This document shows positions 1-9,517 of a stretch of DNA of 64,000 nucleotides, piece by piece (the first letter of the stretch is position 1; every line of letters begins with the position of its first letter). A program made the translations under genes and the position numbers. Under the pieces are notes generated by a model, which did no database searches, was not told the DNA's origin, and worked only from the letters and a program-made list of their open reading frames with translations. Source of the DNA: an uncultured Bacteroidota bacterium (lineage in GTDB: Bacteria > Bacteroidota > Ignavibacteria > UBA10030 > UBA8401); assembly GCA_937920105.1 (NCBI GenBank), contig CALETH010000028.1, positions 19,273 to 83,272 on the forward strand. Direction: 5' to 3'.

Positions 1-1121
1 AATGCGGAATTTATTTTTCCAACTTGTGGAACAAATTCTTCATTATACAATATTCTACGAGCATCAGAAATTTTTGTGTATTGCACTAAATATTCCGGTA
101 AAGGAAATACTGCATGGTCTGCACTCAACACAACAAGAAAATTTTCTTTCCCAATATTTTTTTCTACAAAATCAAAAAATTGTCCCAATGCTTTATCAAG
201 ATGAACAAGATGGTCAACCATTTCGTGACTGTTGGGTCCATGATTATGACCAATATAATCACAATCGGAAAGACTAATACACAATAAATCTGAAACATCT
301 CGCTTTCCTAATTGTTCCGCAATAATTGCTTCTTTCACAAAATCCAACACTAAGTTATCTCCATAGGGACTTCGCAAAATCAATTCTGTTTTTTTCTTTT
401 CAGTAAATGGATGTGGAAATACTGTGTTTCCTTCCCACGGAGTTTCGGCAAAAAATTCATCTGGCTGTATTGTTATATAATTTTTTTCTGGTAAAGATTT
501 TTCCCATTGTTTGGGAAGATTTTTTTCTATCCAATCTTCATCATTAAATTTTTTTGCCCATTCTGGAAGTTGCTGCATATAATAATTGGATGTTACCATT
601 TTTCCATTTTTTTTCTGATACCAAAATACTTTATCGGGATTTTTTCCACCCATTAAAATTGCAGCTCTATCTTTTGCAGAAATTGAAACCACTTTTGAGT
701 TGGGTGATGTTTTTTTCAACCAATCTCCAATAGTTGTTACTGCAAGATTTTTTGCAGAAAATCCACCACCTTCTCCTTCAACAGATTTTGCATTTTCATC
801 ACTCACACAATACACAGATTTTCTTGTTGTTGGGTCAATCCAATCATTTGCTAAAATTCCGCTTTTGTGTGGATATGTTCCCGTAGAAAGTGTTGCGTGT
901 CCAGGTCCGGTTTCACTGGAAGCATAGTTCAAATTTGCTTCTTTATAAACAATTCCTTGATTGTACAGTTTTTTCAATCCACCAGAAAATAATGTATCAA
1001 AACGTTCAAAATAATCTGCACGCATTTGGTCAATAGAAATGAAAATAACTAATTTGGGTTGTGATGCTTGTGCAAAAAAATGAACACAAAAAATAAGCAT
1101 CAAAGTAGAACGTCTGAACAT
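1..1121 (-). CDS. Alkaline phosphatase-superfamily protein (type I phosphodiesterase / nucleotide pyrophosphatase-like). The 3' end runs off the left edge of the window.
   Basis: Own translation of the minus strand from the ATG at 1121: MFRRSTLMLIFCVHFFAQASQPKLVIFISIDQMRADYFERF...SSETGPGHATLSTGTYPHKSGILANDW. It has a signal peptide and the TxTGxxPxxHGI signature of the AlkP/PhoD-like phosphodiesterase family. It is absent from the ORF track because no stop codon lies inside the window. Confidence 0.75.
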   Translation of the reverse strand, partial: MFRRSTLMLIFCVHFFAQASQPKLVIFISIDQMRADYFERFDTLFSGGLKKLYNQGIVYKEANLNYASSETGPGHATLSTGTYPHKSGILANDWIDPTTRKSVYCVSDENAKSVEGEGGGFSAKNLAVTTIGDWLKKTSPNSKVVSISAKDRAAILMGGKNPDKVFWYQKKNGKMVTSNYYMQQLPEWAKKFNDEDWIEKNLPKQWEKSLPEKNYITIQPDEFFAETPWEGNTVFPHPFTEKKKTELILRSPYGDNLVLDFVKEAIIAEQLGKRDVSDLLCISLSDCDYIGHNHGPNSHEMVDHLVHLDKALGQFFDFVEKNIGKENFLVVLSADHAVFPLPEYLVQYTKISDARRILYNEEFVPQVGKINSA

Positions 1122-1124
1122 AAA

Positions 1125-2177
1125 TTATCCTTTATATTTTAATTGTTGGAGAACACAATCATTTTCATCCATATCATTTCGCAACCCAAGATATGTTGGC
1201 TGATACAATGAACCACCCTTATACGCATACAAATATCGCACTTCAATGATTTCATTTTCTCTGGGAATTTCTGCATTTGGCGGAATGGTAACATTACCAA
1301 CCGAAATCCAATCATCACCATCTTTTAATCTCATACTCACACTTCGTTTGAGATTTACTTTTTCCACAGACACGGTTGCCGTTTCATAAAACTTAAATTT
1401 TACTTGCGAACCACCACTTGCAGGACGTCCTGCTTGATATGATGCCTGTAAATCTTTAAACACAATTCCTTCTTTATTATTTTTTTTCAATTTTTGTAAT
1501 AAAGATTTTTTTTCTTTAGATGTACTTGCTAATGCTACTTTTATAATAGAGGATGTTTTTTTATTAGAGAAAAATTTTTCTAAAATCTCGTACCTTTCTT
1601 GATATGCAAGTGATTGAATTTCTTTACCATTGTGTGAAAGAATATCAAACACATAAAGTGTATTATTTAAAAATTCTCCGTCAAGAATAAAATCTTCAGC
1701 AAAGTTTTTTATTTCGTGATGAAGATTTTCTGCAACAGGAATAACAAGTCCTTTGCGATTAATACCTTCTATCGTATCTTGCTCTTTTCTGATAAGCGTA
1801 CGATGTCCATCTAATTTTTCTTGAGCACCATATTGTGCATTTTCTAAATAATGTTGTACTTCTTCTTCTTCAATGGGATTGAGTAATTGACAAAAAACTC
1901 CACTGGTGCGTTCCTCTTTTGTAACAGTGATAGATATTCCTTCCGGTGTACCTTCTTGATATCCTTTTGCTTTTTTTGAACGTACTAAAGAATCCATTAT
2001 TTTTTTTGCAGCATCATACGAAACGGGAACAGAAGTTTTTGTTCCCGTTTGTAATGTTGTACCGCGTCTGCCAAAAGCAAAATTTACCACAAAACCACCA
2101 CTGACTTTTTCAAGTTTTACGTGATACACTTTATCACTGCTACCGCTTTGGTAATAAAGACTGATTTCGTCACTCAC
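1125..2177 (-). CDS. WGR-domain protein fused to a minimal ATP-dependent DNA (or RNA) ligase adenylation domain
   Basis: N-terminal WGR-like segment (VYHVKLEKV...FAFGRRGT). Nucleotidyltransferase motif I KLDGHR, motif III FILDGEF and motif V EGIVFK lie in the correct order. Confidence 0.65.
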   Translation of the reverse strand: MSDEISLYYQSGSSDKVYHVKLEKVSGGFVVNFAFGRRGTTLQTGTKTSVPVSYDAAKKIMDSLVRSKKAKGYQEGTPEGISITVTKEERTSGVFCQLLNPIEEEEVQHYLENAQYGAQEKLDGHRTLIRKEQDTIEGINRKGLVIPVAENLHHEIKNFAEDFILDGEFLNNTLYVFDILSHNGKEIQSLAYQERYEILEKFFSNKKTSSIIKVALASTSKEKKSLLQKLKKNNKEGIVFKDLQASYQAGRPASGGSQVKFKFYETATVSVEKVNLKRSVSMRLKDGDDWISVGNVTIPPNAEIPRENEIIEVRYLYAYKGGSLYQPTYLGLRNDMDENDCVLQQLKYKG

Positions 2178-2182
2178 AACTA

Positions 2183-2905
2183 TTACCTTCTACTATAATA
2201 GACACGAAGTTGAAAACCAGTTTGGTTTCCTTGTGCTTGATTAGAGGTTAAAACAATTGGACTTGTTTGAGTGGTTGGATTAACATTTTCAGAGAAAAAC
2301 ATAGATGTTCCATTAATATTTGGGTCAGTATCTTCATCATCATACAAATCCACTCTCCAATTTTCATTTTTTAATTCAATATTTTTTGAAACAAGATTCC
2401 ATATTTGTGGAAATACAGTAACATTATTTCTAGTCCCACCATTCGAAGATTCAGAAGTATTTGTTATATATGATACACCGGACTTTCCAAATGCAATATA
2501 TAAATCTGGACCATCATTAGGGTCCCAATTATTATTAAATCTATCTTTTGCTGGAATTGTTATAACAGCAATACTATCAAGATAATATTGTGATAGAGAA
2601 AACCATGCCTTTATTGTGTGTGATGATGTAACATTAACAAAAGTATAACTCGTTGTGGAATCAAGATTTTTTACTCCATCTACTACCACACTATCAAAAC
2701 GATAATTTGTTTCTGGTGTATAAGTATATCGCTGATTACTTCCAGAAACTATTGATGTAGAACCATTGGGAGTAATTGTTCCTCCAGTTGCGGATGAAGT
2801 AATCGTTATTCCATTTCCACTTTCTCCAGAGGAAGACATGGGTGAATCTTTTGAACATGAAGACAATACCACTGTACAAATTACAGCCCACAAAAACTTT
2901 TTCAT
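2183..2905 (-). CDS. Lipoprotein of unknown function
   Basis: Signal peptide MKKFLWAVICTVVLSSCSKDS with a lipobox Cys. Ser/Thr/Asn-rich. It lies 6 bp upstream of the ligase gene on the same strand. Confidence 0.5.
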   Translation of the reverse strand: MKKFLWAVICTVVLSSCSKDSPMSSSGESGNGITITSSATGGTITPNGSTSIVSGSNQRYTYTPETNYRFDSVVVDGVKNLDSTTSYTFVNVTSSHTIKAWFSLSQYYLDSIAVITIPAKDRFNNNWDPNDGPDLYIAFGKSGVSYITNTSESSNGGTRNNVTVFPQIWNLVSKNIELKNENWRVDLYDDEDTDPNINGTSMFFSENVNPTTQTSPIVLTSNQAQGNQTGFQLRVYYSRR

Positions 2906-3067
2906 AAAAACTCCTTTATTAAAAGTGAATAAAATATTTTAGAATTTAAATATAAGGATTTATTGTTTATCATAACAACAAATACCTCACAAAACGAATA
3001 TTACTATAATAAAATCTTCTTTTATTGAAATTTTGTAAAAAAATTTATATCTTCTTACACAAAAATT

Positions 3068-3097
3068 AGATTCCCACTTAAAGCATGTGGGAATGAC
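3068..3097. repeat. GC-rich hairpin of the GATTCCC(R)C...G(Y)GGGAATGAC family
   Basis: Sequence gattcccac-ttaaagcat-gtgggaatgac. It is a variant of a motif that recurs in many intergenic regions of this window. Confidence 0.5.
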
Positions 3098-3112
3098 CAA
3101 TCTTTAATTATC

Positions 3113-4552
3113 ATGGAAAACATTCGCGTACGCTTTGCACCAAGTCCCACAGGATACCTTCACGTTGGCGGATTACGCACCGCACTCTATAATTATCTTC
3201 TCGCAAAAAAACATCACGGAAAATTTCTTCTCCGCATCGAAGATACAGACCAATCCCGAAAAGTAGAAGGAGCAATGGAAAATCTCATTGAAACACTTCA
3301 ATGGGCAGGACTTGACTTTGATGAAGGACCAACAAAAGATGGAAATTTCGGACCGTACATTCAATCACAACGATTACCAATTTATCAACAACACGCACAC
3401 CAATTAGTAAAAGAAGAAAAAGCATATTATTGTTTTTGTTCTGCAGAACGATTAGAGCAAGTACGTCAAAAACAAATTGCAGCAAAAGTTCCACCTTCGT
3501 ATGATAGAAATTGTCGTTCAAAATCTTTAGAAGAAGCACAAAAAAAAATTGAACACGGCGAACGTTATGTAATCCGCATGAAAGTTCCACTTACTGGAGA
3601 ATTGGTTTTTGAAGATATGATTCGCGGAAAAGTTGCTATTGGTTATAAAATTTTAGATGACCAAGTCATTCTCAAATCTGATGGATTTCCAACCTACCAT
3701 CTTGCTGTTGTTGTGGATGACCATTTGATGAATATCAGTCACGTAATTCGCGGAGAAGAATGGCTACCCAGCACACCAAAACATATTTTGCTGTATCAAT
3801 ATTTTGGATGGGAAATTCCACAATTTGCACATCTTCCCCTTCTTCTCAATCCTGATAAAAGCAAATTGAGTAAACGACAAGGTGATGTTGCTGTGGAAGA
3901 TTATCGTGCAAAAGGTTTTTTGAAAGAAGCAATTATAAATTTTATTGCATTATTGGGTTGGAATCCCGGAGATAATAGAGAAATTTTTTCTTTAGAAGAA
4001 TTGGTGAAAGAATTTTCGATTGAACGCGTTGGAAAATCCGGAGCAATTTTTAATATAGAAAAATTACAATGGCTCAATCAACAACACATCCGCTTAAAAT
4101 CAGATGATGAATTATTAGCATTAGTGAAACCAAATATTCTTGAACAAGGTTGGAAAAATTTTTCTGATGATTATATAAAAAGTGTCATCAATTTGATGAA
4201 AGAACGTGTTACGGTTCTACCGGATTTTGTGAACGAATGCAAATTTTTTTACGAAGACCCAACGAGTTTTGATGAAAAAGGAAAATCCAAAAATTGGAGT
4301 GCGGAAACACCAAAGCATCTTGCACGATTTGTAGAAAAAATTTCTGAATTACAAAATTATACTGCATCAACAATCGAAGAAACACTTCGTACTACGGCAA
4401 CAGAATTTTCTTTAAGTGCGGGGAAACTTATTCATCCAATTCGCCTTGCTGTCTCGGGAATTTCTCTGGGACCGAGTTTGTTTCATCTGTTAGAAATTGT
4501 AGGAAAAGAAACTGTTGTAAGAAGAATTAATTTTGCGATTAAGAATTTATAA
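3113..4552 (+). CDS. gltX: Glutamyl-tRNA synthetase
   Basis: RVRFAPSPTGYLHVGG (HIGH motif) and KLSKRQ (KMSKS motif). 479 aa class I aaRS architecture. Confidence 0.95.
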   Translation: MENIRVRFAPSPTGYLHVGGLRTALYNYLLAKKHHGKFLLRIEDTDQSRKVEGAMENLIETLQWAGLDFDEGPTKDGNFGPYIQSQRLPIYQQHAHQLVKEEKAYYCFCSAERLEQVRQKQIAAKVPPSYDRNCRSKSLEEAQKKIEHGERYVIRMKVPLTGELVFEDMIRGKVAIGYKILDDQVILKSDGFPTYHLAVVVDDHLMNISHVIRGEEWLPSTPKHILLYQYFGWEIPQFAHLPLLLNPDKSKLSKRQGDVAVEDYRAKGFLKEAIINFIALLGWNPGDNREIFSLEELVKEFSIERVGKSGAIFNIEKLQWLNQQHIRLKSDDELLALVKPNILEQGWKNFSDDYIKSVINLMKERVTVLPDFVNECKFFYEDPTSFDEKGKSKNWSAETPKHLARFVEKISELQNYTASTIEETLRTTATEFSLSAGKLIHPIRLAVSGISLGPSLFHLLEIVGKETVVRRINFAIKNL

Positions 4553-4556
4553 GAAA

Positions 4557-4587
4557 GATTTGTCAAGTTTTTAAAACTTGACAAATC
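4557..4587. repeat. 31-bp AT-centred palindrome GATTTGTCAAGTTTTTAAAACTTGACAAATC
   Basis: Near-perfect palindrome immediately 3' of gltX. The same sequence occurs at 53035-53065, and close variants at 11545, 22698 and 60675. Confidence 0.7.
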
Positions 4588-4602
4588 TAAAAACTGATTA
4601 CT

Positions 4603-4983
4603 ATGAACAATACATCCTACGACATCATCCGACTTCGCAATGCTGTGTTTTACGCCTATCATGGAGTGATGAAAGATGAGCAAAATCTCGGAGGAAAATT
4701 TGAGGTTGATGCTGAACTCTATTGCCATCTTACCAACGTAAGAAAAAGTGATAATTTGAATGATACTGTGAATTACGAACAAGTCTATACTATTATAAGC
4801 AGCGTCATCAGTCAAAAAAAATATTATTTAATAGAAGCACTTGCTGATGCAATTGCAAAAAAAATTATTGAGCAATTTTTTCTTGTAGAAAAAGTTTGCA
4901 TTCGCATCAGAAAACTCAGCGTACCAATTCATGGTGTTGTGGATTCTGTTGAAGTAGAAATTATAGAAGAACGTCACAAATAA
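4603..4983 (+). CDS. folB: Dihydroneopterin aldolase
   Basis: YHGVMKDEQNLGGKFEVDAEL, typical of FolB. Placed 5' of folK. Confidence 0.85.
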   Translation: MNNTSYDIIRLRNAVFYAYHGVMKDEQNLGGKFEVDAELYCHLTNVRKSDNLNDTVNYEQVYTIISSVISQKKYYLIEALADAIAKKIIEQFFLVEKVCIRIRKLSVPIHGVVDSVEVEIIEERHK

Positions 4984-4984
4984 T

Positions 4985-5473
4985 ATGGAAATTGTTTATC
5001 TCGGTTTGGGTTCAAATGTTGGAAATCGTTTAGAAAATCTTACTCATGCAATAACACAAATTGAAAAAATTCCTCAAACAACTATCACAAAAAAATCCAA
5101 CATTTATGAGACTGAACCCGTTGGTGTAGAAACGCAAGAAAATTTTTTCAATACAACTATTGAAATAAAAACTGAACTTTCTGTAGAACAATTATATCAA
5201 CATCTCAAAACAATAGAAAAAAATTTAGGGAGAAAACACCGTGAACGTTGGGGACCTCGTGAAATTGATATTGATATTTTATTATTTGGAAATCACACAA
5301 TTGAAACTGAACTTATCACTGTTCCTCACAAAGAACTTCACAAGAGACAGTTTGTTCTTACGCCATTACAAGAAATTGCAAAAGATTGTATTCATCCGAT
5401 TTTTCAAAAAACTATTACAACATTACAACAAGAATGTAATGATATACATGCAGTAAAAATTATCCAAAAATAA
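4985..5473 (+). CDS. folK: 2-amino-4-hydroxy-6-hydroxymethyldihydropteridine pyrophosphokinase (HPPK)
   Basis: VYLGLGSNVGNR...YETEPVG...REIDIDILLFG. Confidence 0.9.
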   Translation: MEIVYLGLGSNVGNRLENLTHAITQIEKIPQTTITKKSNIYETEPVGVETQENFFNTTIEIKTELSVEQLYQHLKTIEKNLGRKHRERWGPREIDIDILLFGNHTIETELITVPHKELHKRQFVLTPLQEIAKDCIHPIFQKTITTLQQECNDIHAVKIIQK

Positions 5474-5475
5474 TT

Positions 5476-5850
5476 ATGATAGTTCAAGGTATTGGTGTCG
5501 ATATTATTGAAATTCAACGTATTGAAAATTCCATAAAAGAATTTGGAAATATTTTTTTGAATAAAATTTTTACTGCAAAAGAAATAGAATACTGTCAATC
5601 AAAAAAAAATTCCGCTCAACATTTTGCAGCCCGTTTCGCTGCAAAAGAAGCAGTCAGCAAAGCCATTGGCAGCGGATGGACGAATAATTTTCAATGGAAA
5701 CATATTGAAGTATTGAATAATGATTCCGGACTTCCCACCATCATTCTTCATGATAAACTTCTTGATTCTTTTCAAGAGTTCACATTTCTTCTTTCACTTT
5801 CCCACTCAGAAATTTCTGCAGTTGCATTTGTTGTAATGCAAAAAAAATAA
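5476..5850 (+). CDS. acpS: Holo-ACP synthase (4'-phosphopantetheinyl transferase)
   Basis: GIGVDIIEIQRI...FAAKEAVSKAIG. Confidence 0.9.
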   Translation: MIVQGIGVDIIEIQRIENSIKEFGNIFLNKIFTAKEIEYCQSKKNSAQHFAARFAAKEAVSKAIGSGWTNNFQWKHIEVLNNDSGLPTIILHDKLLDSFQEFTFLLSLSHSEISAVAFVVMQKK

Positions 5851-7326
5851 TTATTTTACAAACATCATTTTTTTTACAGAAATAAAATTTCCTGCACGAA
5901 GTTTATAAAAATAAACTCCACTGCTTAATGCTGCAGCATTAAATTCTACTGAATAATTTCCTGCTTCTTGTTCTTTATCTACCAATGTTGCAATATTTTC
6001 TCCTACAATATTATAAACTTTTAAGGATACTTTTTCTTTTAAAGTAATCTTATAATCTATTTGTGTTTTAGGATTAAAGGGATTAGGATAATTCATTGAT
6101 AAATACGGACGCGAAGGAACAATCGTTATATCTTGTTCTTTTGTGCTATAATGTATACTTCCATCCTTATCAATTTGTAATAAACGATACATGTAAGTTT
6201 TTCCAGTTTGCACAGTCAAATCTGTATATTGATATTGTGTTACTGTTGAGGATGTTCCTTTCCCTTCTACAAAACCAATTTTTTCCCACTTCTTTTCTAT
6301 TGGTGGATTATCAATAATAGATTTCTGAATTTCAAATCCATAATTATTAATTTCAGAAATTGTTTGCCAATAAAGACATGCTTTATCATCATACATATCA
6401 ACAACAAAATTATTTAATTGAATTGGTAAAAATGTAGAATTATAAGCAAGAAGTTGTGAGTACGTAAAATATTGATATCCATTTAAATGAATTTTACTTT
6501 TCCACTCAGAAGTTTCTTTTGCAAAGTCTTGATTGTAAATTTCGTACACTTCTGCAAGTGAATGATTTTGCAACCAAGGTCCCATAAAATCTGGTTCAGA
6601 AGAAAAAAGCGGAATAACTGTTATTGCTTTTGTTGTTGAACCAAAATACGATAAACGTTCTCTACTATAATTATATGCAGTTATTGGATTTTGTACGTAC
6701 GCATGTACGAAAATACGGTCAGCATATTGAATAATCTGCTGACACTGACCTTGTGTTGGCCAACCAACATAAGTTTCTGTGATTGCTCCTGCGGATGCAC
6801 TTGCAGTTTTTACTTTTGCTAATTCTTTTATATAAAAAGCAAATGCACCTTCCACAGTACAAGAATATGTCGATTGAAGATAGGTAGTGCAATAATATTT
6901 TCCACTACCAATGAGATTGGGATTCCAAAATTCAAATTCTAAATTATAGACATCTATTTTTTCCGAAGTGTTTGTATGGATTGCATTGTACGGATAAACC
7001 ATATCTTGAAAAAATGCAGCCGTTTCTCCAGAAACCCCAACTTGGAGAATCCCGTACGATGTTTTTGCTTTCTTTATAAAAGATACCAATTGCAAAGTTT
7101 TTGGGTCAGTACTATTTTGAATAGGAAATCTCCACACATCATATAACATGAGATAATTGACATTTCTATTTTGACAAAATGTTAAAAGTTCATCCTCTTT
7201 TTGTACATCTCCTAATATGAGATGAAATTTATCAACATAAATTCCCACCAATGATGAACTTTGTCCATTCACTATTGAAATGTAACATAGTAAATACAGC
7301 GGTACGACAACAAAAAAATTTTTCAT
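5851..7326 (-). CDS. Secreted protein with a T9SS C-terminal sorting domain (unknown N-terminal domain)
   Basis: C-terminus YPNPFNPKTQIDYKI...KVYNIVGENIATLV...YFYKLRAGNFISVKKMMFVK. The start is set at the internal Met (MKNFFVVVPLYLL...), which is preceded by AAAGGAGG 5 nt upstream. The ORF-track start at 7362 is probably too long. Confidence 0.8.
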   Translation of the reverse strand: MKNFFVVVPLYLLCYISIVNGQSSSLVGIYVDKFHLILGDVQKEDELLTFCQNRNVNYLMLYDVWRFPIQNSTDPKTLQLVSFIKKAKTSYGILQVGVSGETAAFFQDMVYPYNAIHTNTSEKIDVYNLEFEFWNPNLIGSGKYYCTTYLQSTYSCTVEGAFAFYIKELAKVKTASASAGAITETYVGWPTQGQCQQIIQYADRIFVHAYVQNPITAYNYSRERLSYFGSTTKAITVIPLFSSEPDFMGPWLQNHSLAEVYEIYNQDFAKETSEWKSKIHLNGYQYFTYSQLLAYNSTFLPIQLNNFVVDMYDDKACLYWQTISEINNYGFEIQKSIIDNPPIEKKWEKIGFVEGKGTSSTVTQYQYTDLTVQTGKTYMYRLLQIDKDGSIHYSTKEQDITIVPSRPYLSMNYPNPFNPKTQIDYKITLKEKVSLKVYNIVGENIATLVDKEQEAGNYSVEFNAAALSSGVYFYKLRAGNFISVKKMMFVK

Positions 7327-7426
7327 ACTTCCTCCTTTAAATAAGTAGTTATTATTAACCACTCATAGAAAAGATAATTATGAAAAAGTTTTTCTACTGT
7401 GATAAGAAACAAAAAGTTTGGAAAAT

Positions 7427-8197
7427 TTACAGTGACTGTAAAATTTCTTTTACAAAGGCAGGATTATTAGCGATGAGACCTTCTACACCAAGATTGAACA
7501 TGCGGCGAACATCACGTTCGGAGGAAATTCCATATACATAAATAGAATAATTTTTTGAATGAATATCATTCACCACATCTTTATTCACTTGATATTTACT
7601 ACACACAAAAATATCCGCTTTTGATAATTCTAATAATTGAGATGGTGAACGACGAAAACTAAGTGGATTATAGATGATTCCTGTAAAAATATTATTATCT
7701 AATTCTTTAATTTCTTTAACCATAGAATAATTAAACGAAGTGATAATAATTTTCTTTTTTATTTTTTTCTTGTGAATAAGAGAAACTATTTTTTCTGCAA
7801 CAGAAATGGAATCCGTACTGACAACATCCGGTTTAATTTCTATGTTCAGTAACACATTTTTTTTTGTGAATGGAAAAACTTTTTCTAATAAAGAAATTCG
7901 CTCAGAAGAAAATTGTTGAGAAAACCACGAACCATTATCTACCTGCAACAATTCTTCTGTTGTTTTATTTTTAAGAACACCATGTCCATTAGAAGTTCGT
8001 TCTAATCGCTTATCATGAAAAATGATAAAATCATTATCCGCTGAAAGACGAACATCTAATTCAATCATATCCACGTGAACTTCTATGGCTTTGTGAAATG
8101 CAGCAAGAGTGTTTTCCGGTGCAATTTCAGAAAAGCCGCGGTGGGCTATAACGAGTGGAAATGTATGAGTAGAAAAAAATGGTTTTGTAGAAGACAT
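7427..8197 (-). CDS. Glycerophosphoryl diester phosphodiesterase
   Basis: VIAHRGFSEIAPENTLAAF...IELDVRLSADNDFIIFHD (GDPD family). Confidence 0.9.
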   Translation of the reverse strand: MSSTKPFFSTHTFPLVIAHRGFSEIAPENTLAAFHKAIEVHVDMIELDVRLSADNDFIIFHDKRLERTSNGHGVLKNKTTEELLQVDNGSWFSQQFSSERISLLEKVFPFTKKNVLLNIEIKPDVVSTDSISVAEKIVSLIHKKKIKKKIIITSFNYSMVKEIKELDNNIFTGIIYNPLSFRRSPSQLLELSKADIFVCSKYQVNKDVVNDIHSKNYSIYVYGISSERDVRRMFNLGVEGLIANNPAFVKEILQSL

Positions 8198-8199
8198 TG

Positions 8200-8766
8200 T
8201 TATTTTTTCAAAACAGAAAGTATTCGTTGTGATACTTCTTCTACAGAACCAACACCATCAACATTGTGCAAAATTTTCTTACGTTCGTAATATTCTTTTA
8301 CTGGTGCTGTGGTTTGGTGATATACTTGAAGGCGTTTTTTTACTGTTTCCGGTTTATCATCGGTGCGACCTAATTCTTGACTGCGTGTATTTAATCGTTC
8401 AAGAATAAGATTTTCCGGAACAACAATATTGATAACGAAATTTATTGTACGATGAAATTCTGTGAACATTGTTTGCAATGCATCTGCTTGTGCTACTGTT
8501 CGAGGAAATCCATCTAAAATAATTCCCTTCTCACATTTTCCGGAACGAAGAATTTCTTTAATCATTCCTATCATCACATCATCGGGAACAAGATTTCCTT
8601 CATCAATATATTTTTTTGCTTTGATGCCGAGTGGTGTTTGTTCTTGCATATTTTGTCGCAAAATATCACCAGTGGAAACATGCGGAATATCATATTTTTG
8701 TGAAAGGAGTTTTGCTTGTGTTCCTTTGCCTACACCAGGCGAACCGAAGAGTATAATGTTTATCAT
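8200..8766 (-). CDS. adk: Adenylate kinase
   Basis: MINIILFGSPGVGKGTQAKLLSQKYDIPHVSTGDILR. Confidence 0.95.
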   Translation of the reverse strand: MINIILFGSPGVGKGTQAKLLSQKYDIPHVSTGDILRQNMQEQTPLGIKAKKYIDEGNLVPDDVMIGMIKEILRSGKCEKGIILDGFPRTVAQADALQTMFTEFHRTINFVINIVVPENLILERLNTRSQELGRTDDKPETVKKRLQVYHQTTAPVKEYYERKKILHNVDGVGSVEEVSQRILSVLKK

Positions 8767-8773
8767 TAATATT

Positions 8774-9517
8774 TTATTTTTGTGGATTGATTGAAGAATT
8801 TAATTCAACTATTTTTTTCCAACTAATTTCACCATTATCATTACAAAAATTATCAAAAAATTCTTTGGTAAATTTATTTATCATTTGAGAATATGACTGC
8901 AAAAAAATATCATTTTTTTCTTTTGCTTTATGTCCGAGTGGTTCAATAATATCTGTATAAAGATTTAAATCTCCAGAAATAAATTCCCAAAATTTTTGAC
9001 CGCAATACTTAAAGTATTCTCCTTTATCAACATTATTCTCTCTACCATAACAGCAACCATTAACTGCAACAACGATAAGTTTTGAATTACTTGTTCGTAA
9101 CGATTTCTTTGCTGTCGTAAAATCAGCAATCATTTTTTTAATTTGTTGTGCATTTCCCCAATTCGGTCCTGATTTTATAGTAACAATATATCGAATTCCA
9201 TCTTTATCAAATTCAAGGTCTATTCCTGATATTCCCGATTTCCAGCCATCATATATTTTTTGATTAATAAATATGGCAAGTCCTTCTAACCAATCACCAA
9301 ATATTGTTTCTTCACTTGAAGAAATATACGCATCAACAATTCCTTTAATAATTTGTTCTGATGTTAAAACATATTTTGCTTTAAATAAATAGGGATTTTT
9401 TTTCTTTAATACAGTTAAAAGTTTCAAACCATCTAAACTTTGTATTCTTTTCTTATGAAAGGTTTCTATATTTTCTTCAACGTATTGCGTAACGTCTTTG
9501 AGTTTTAACTTCTTCAT
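8774..9517 (-). CDS. Putative Type II restriction endonuclease (partner of the adjacent methyltransferase)
   Basis: Overlaps the 3' end of the methyltransferase gene by 41 bp on the same strand. No recognisable housekeeping family. Segment GIDLEFDKDGIRYIVTIKSG could be a PD-(D/E)xK-like core. The call rests mainly on context. Confidence 0.45.
   Translation of the reverse strand: MKKLKLKDVTQYVEENIETFHKKRIQSLDGLKLLTVLKKKNPYLFKAKYVLTSEQIIKGIVDAYISSSEETIFGDWLEGLAIFINQKIYDGWKSGISGIDLEFDKDGIRYIVTIKSGPNWGNAQQIKKMIADFTTAKKSLRTSNSKLIVVAVNGCCYGRENNVDKGEYFKYCGQKFWEFISGDLNLYTDIIEPLGHKAKEKNDIFLQSYSQMINKFTKEFFDNFCNDNGEISWKKIVELNSSINPQK

Noticed and set aside
2-277. 91-aa plus-strand ORF at the left edge, and the 700-927 ORF
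   Set aside because: Both lie antisense within the partial alkaline-phosphatase-family gene, which translates cleanly with a signal peptide and family motifs on the minus strand.
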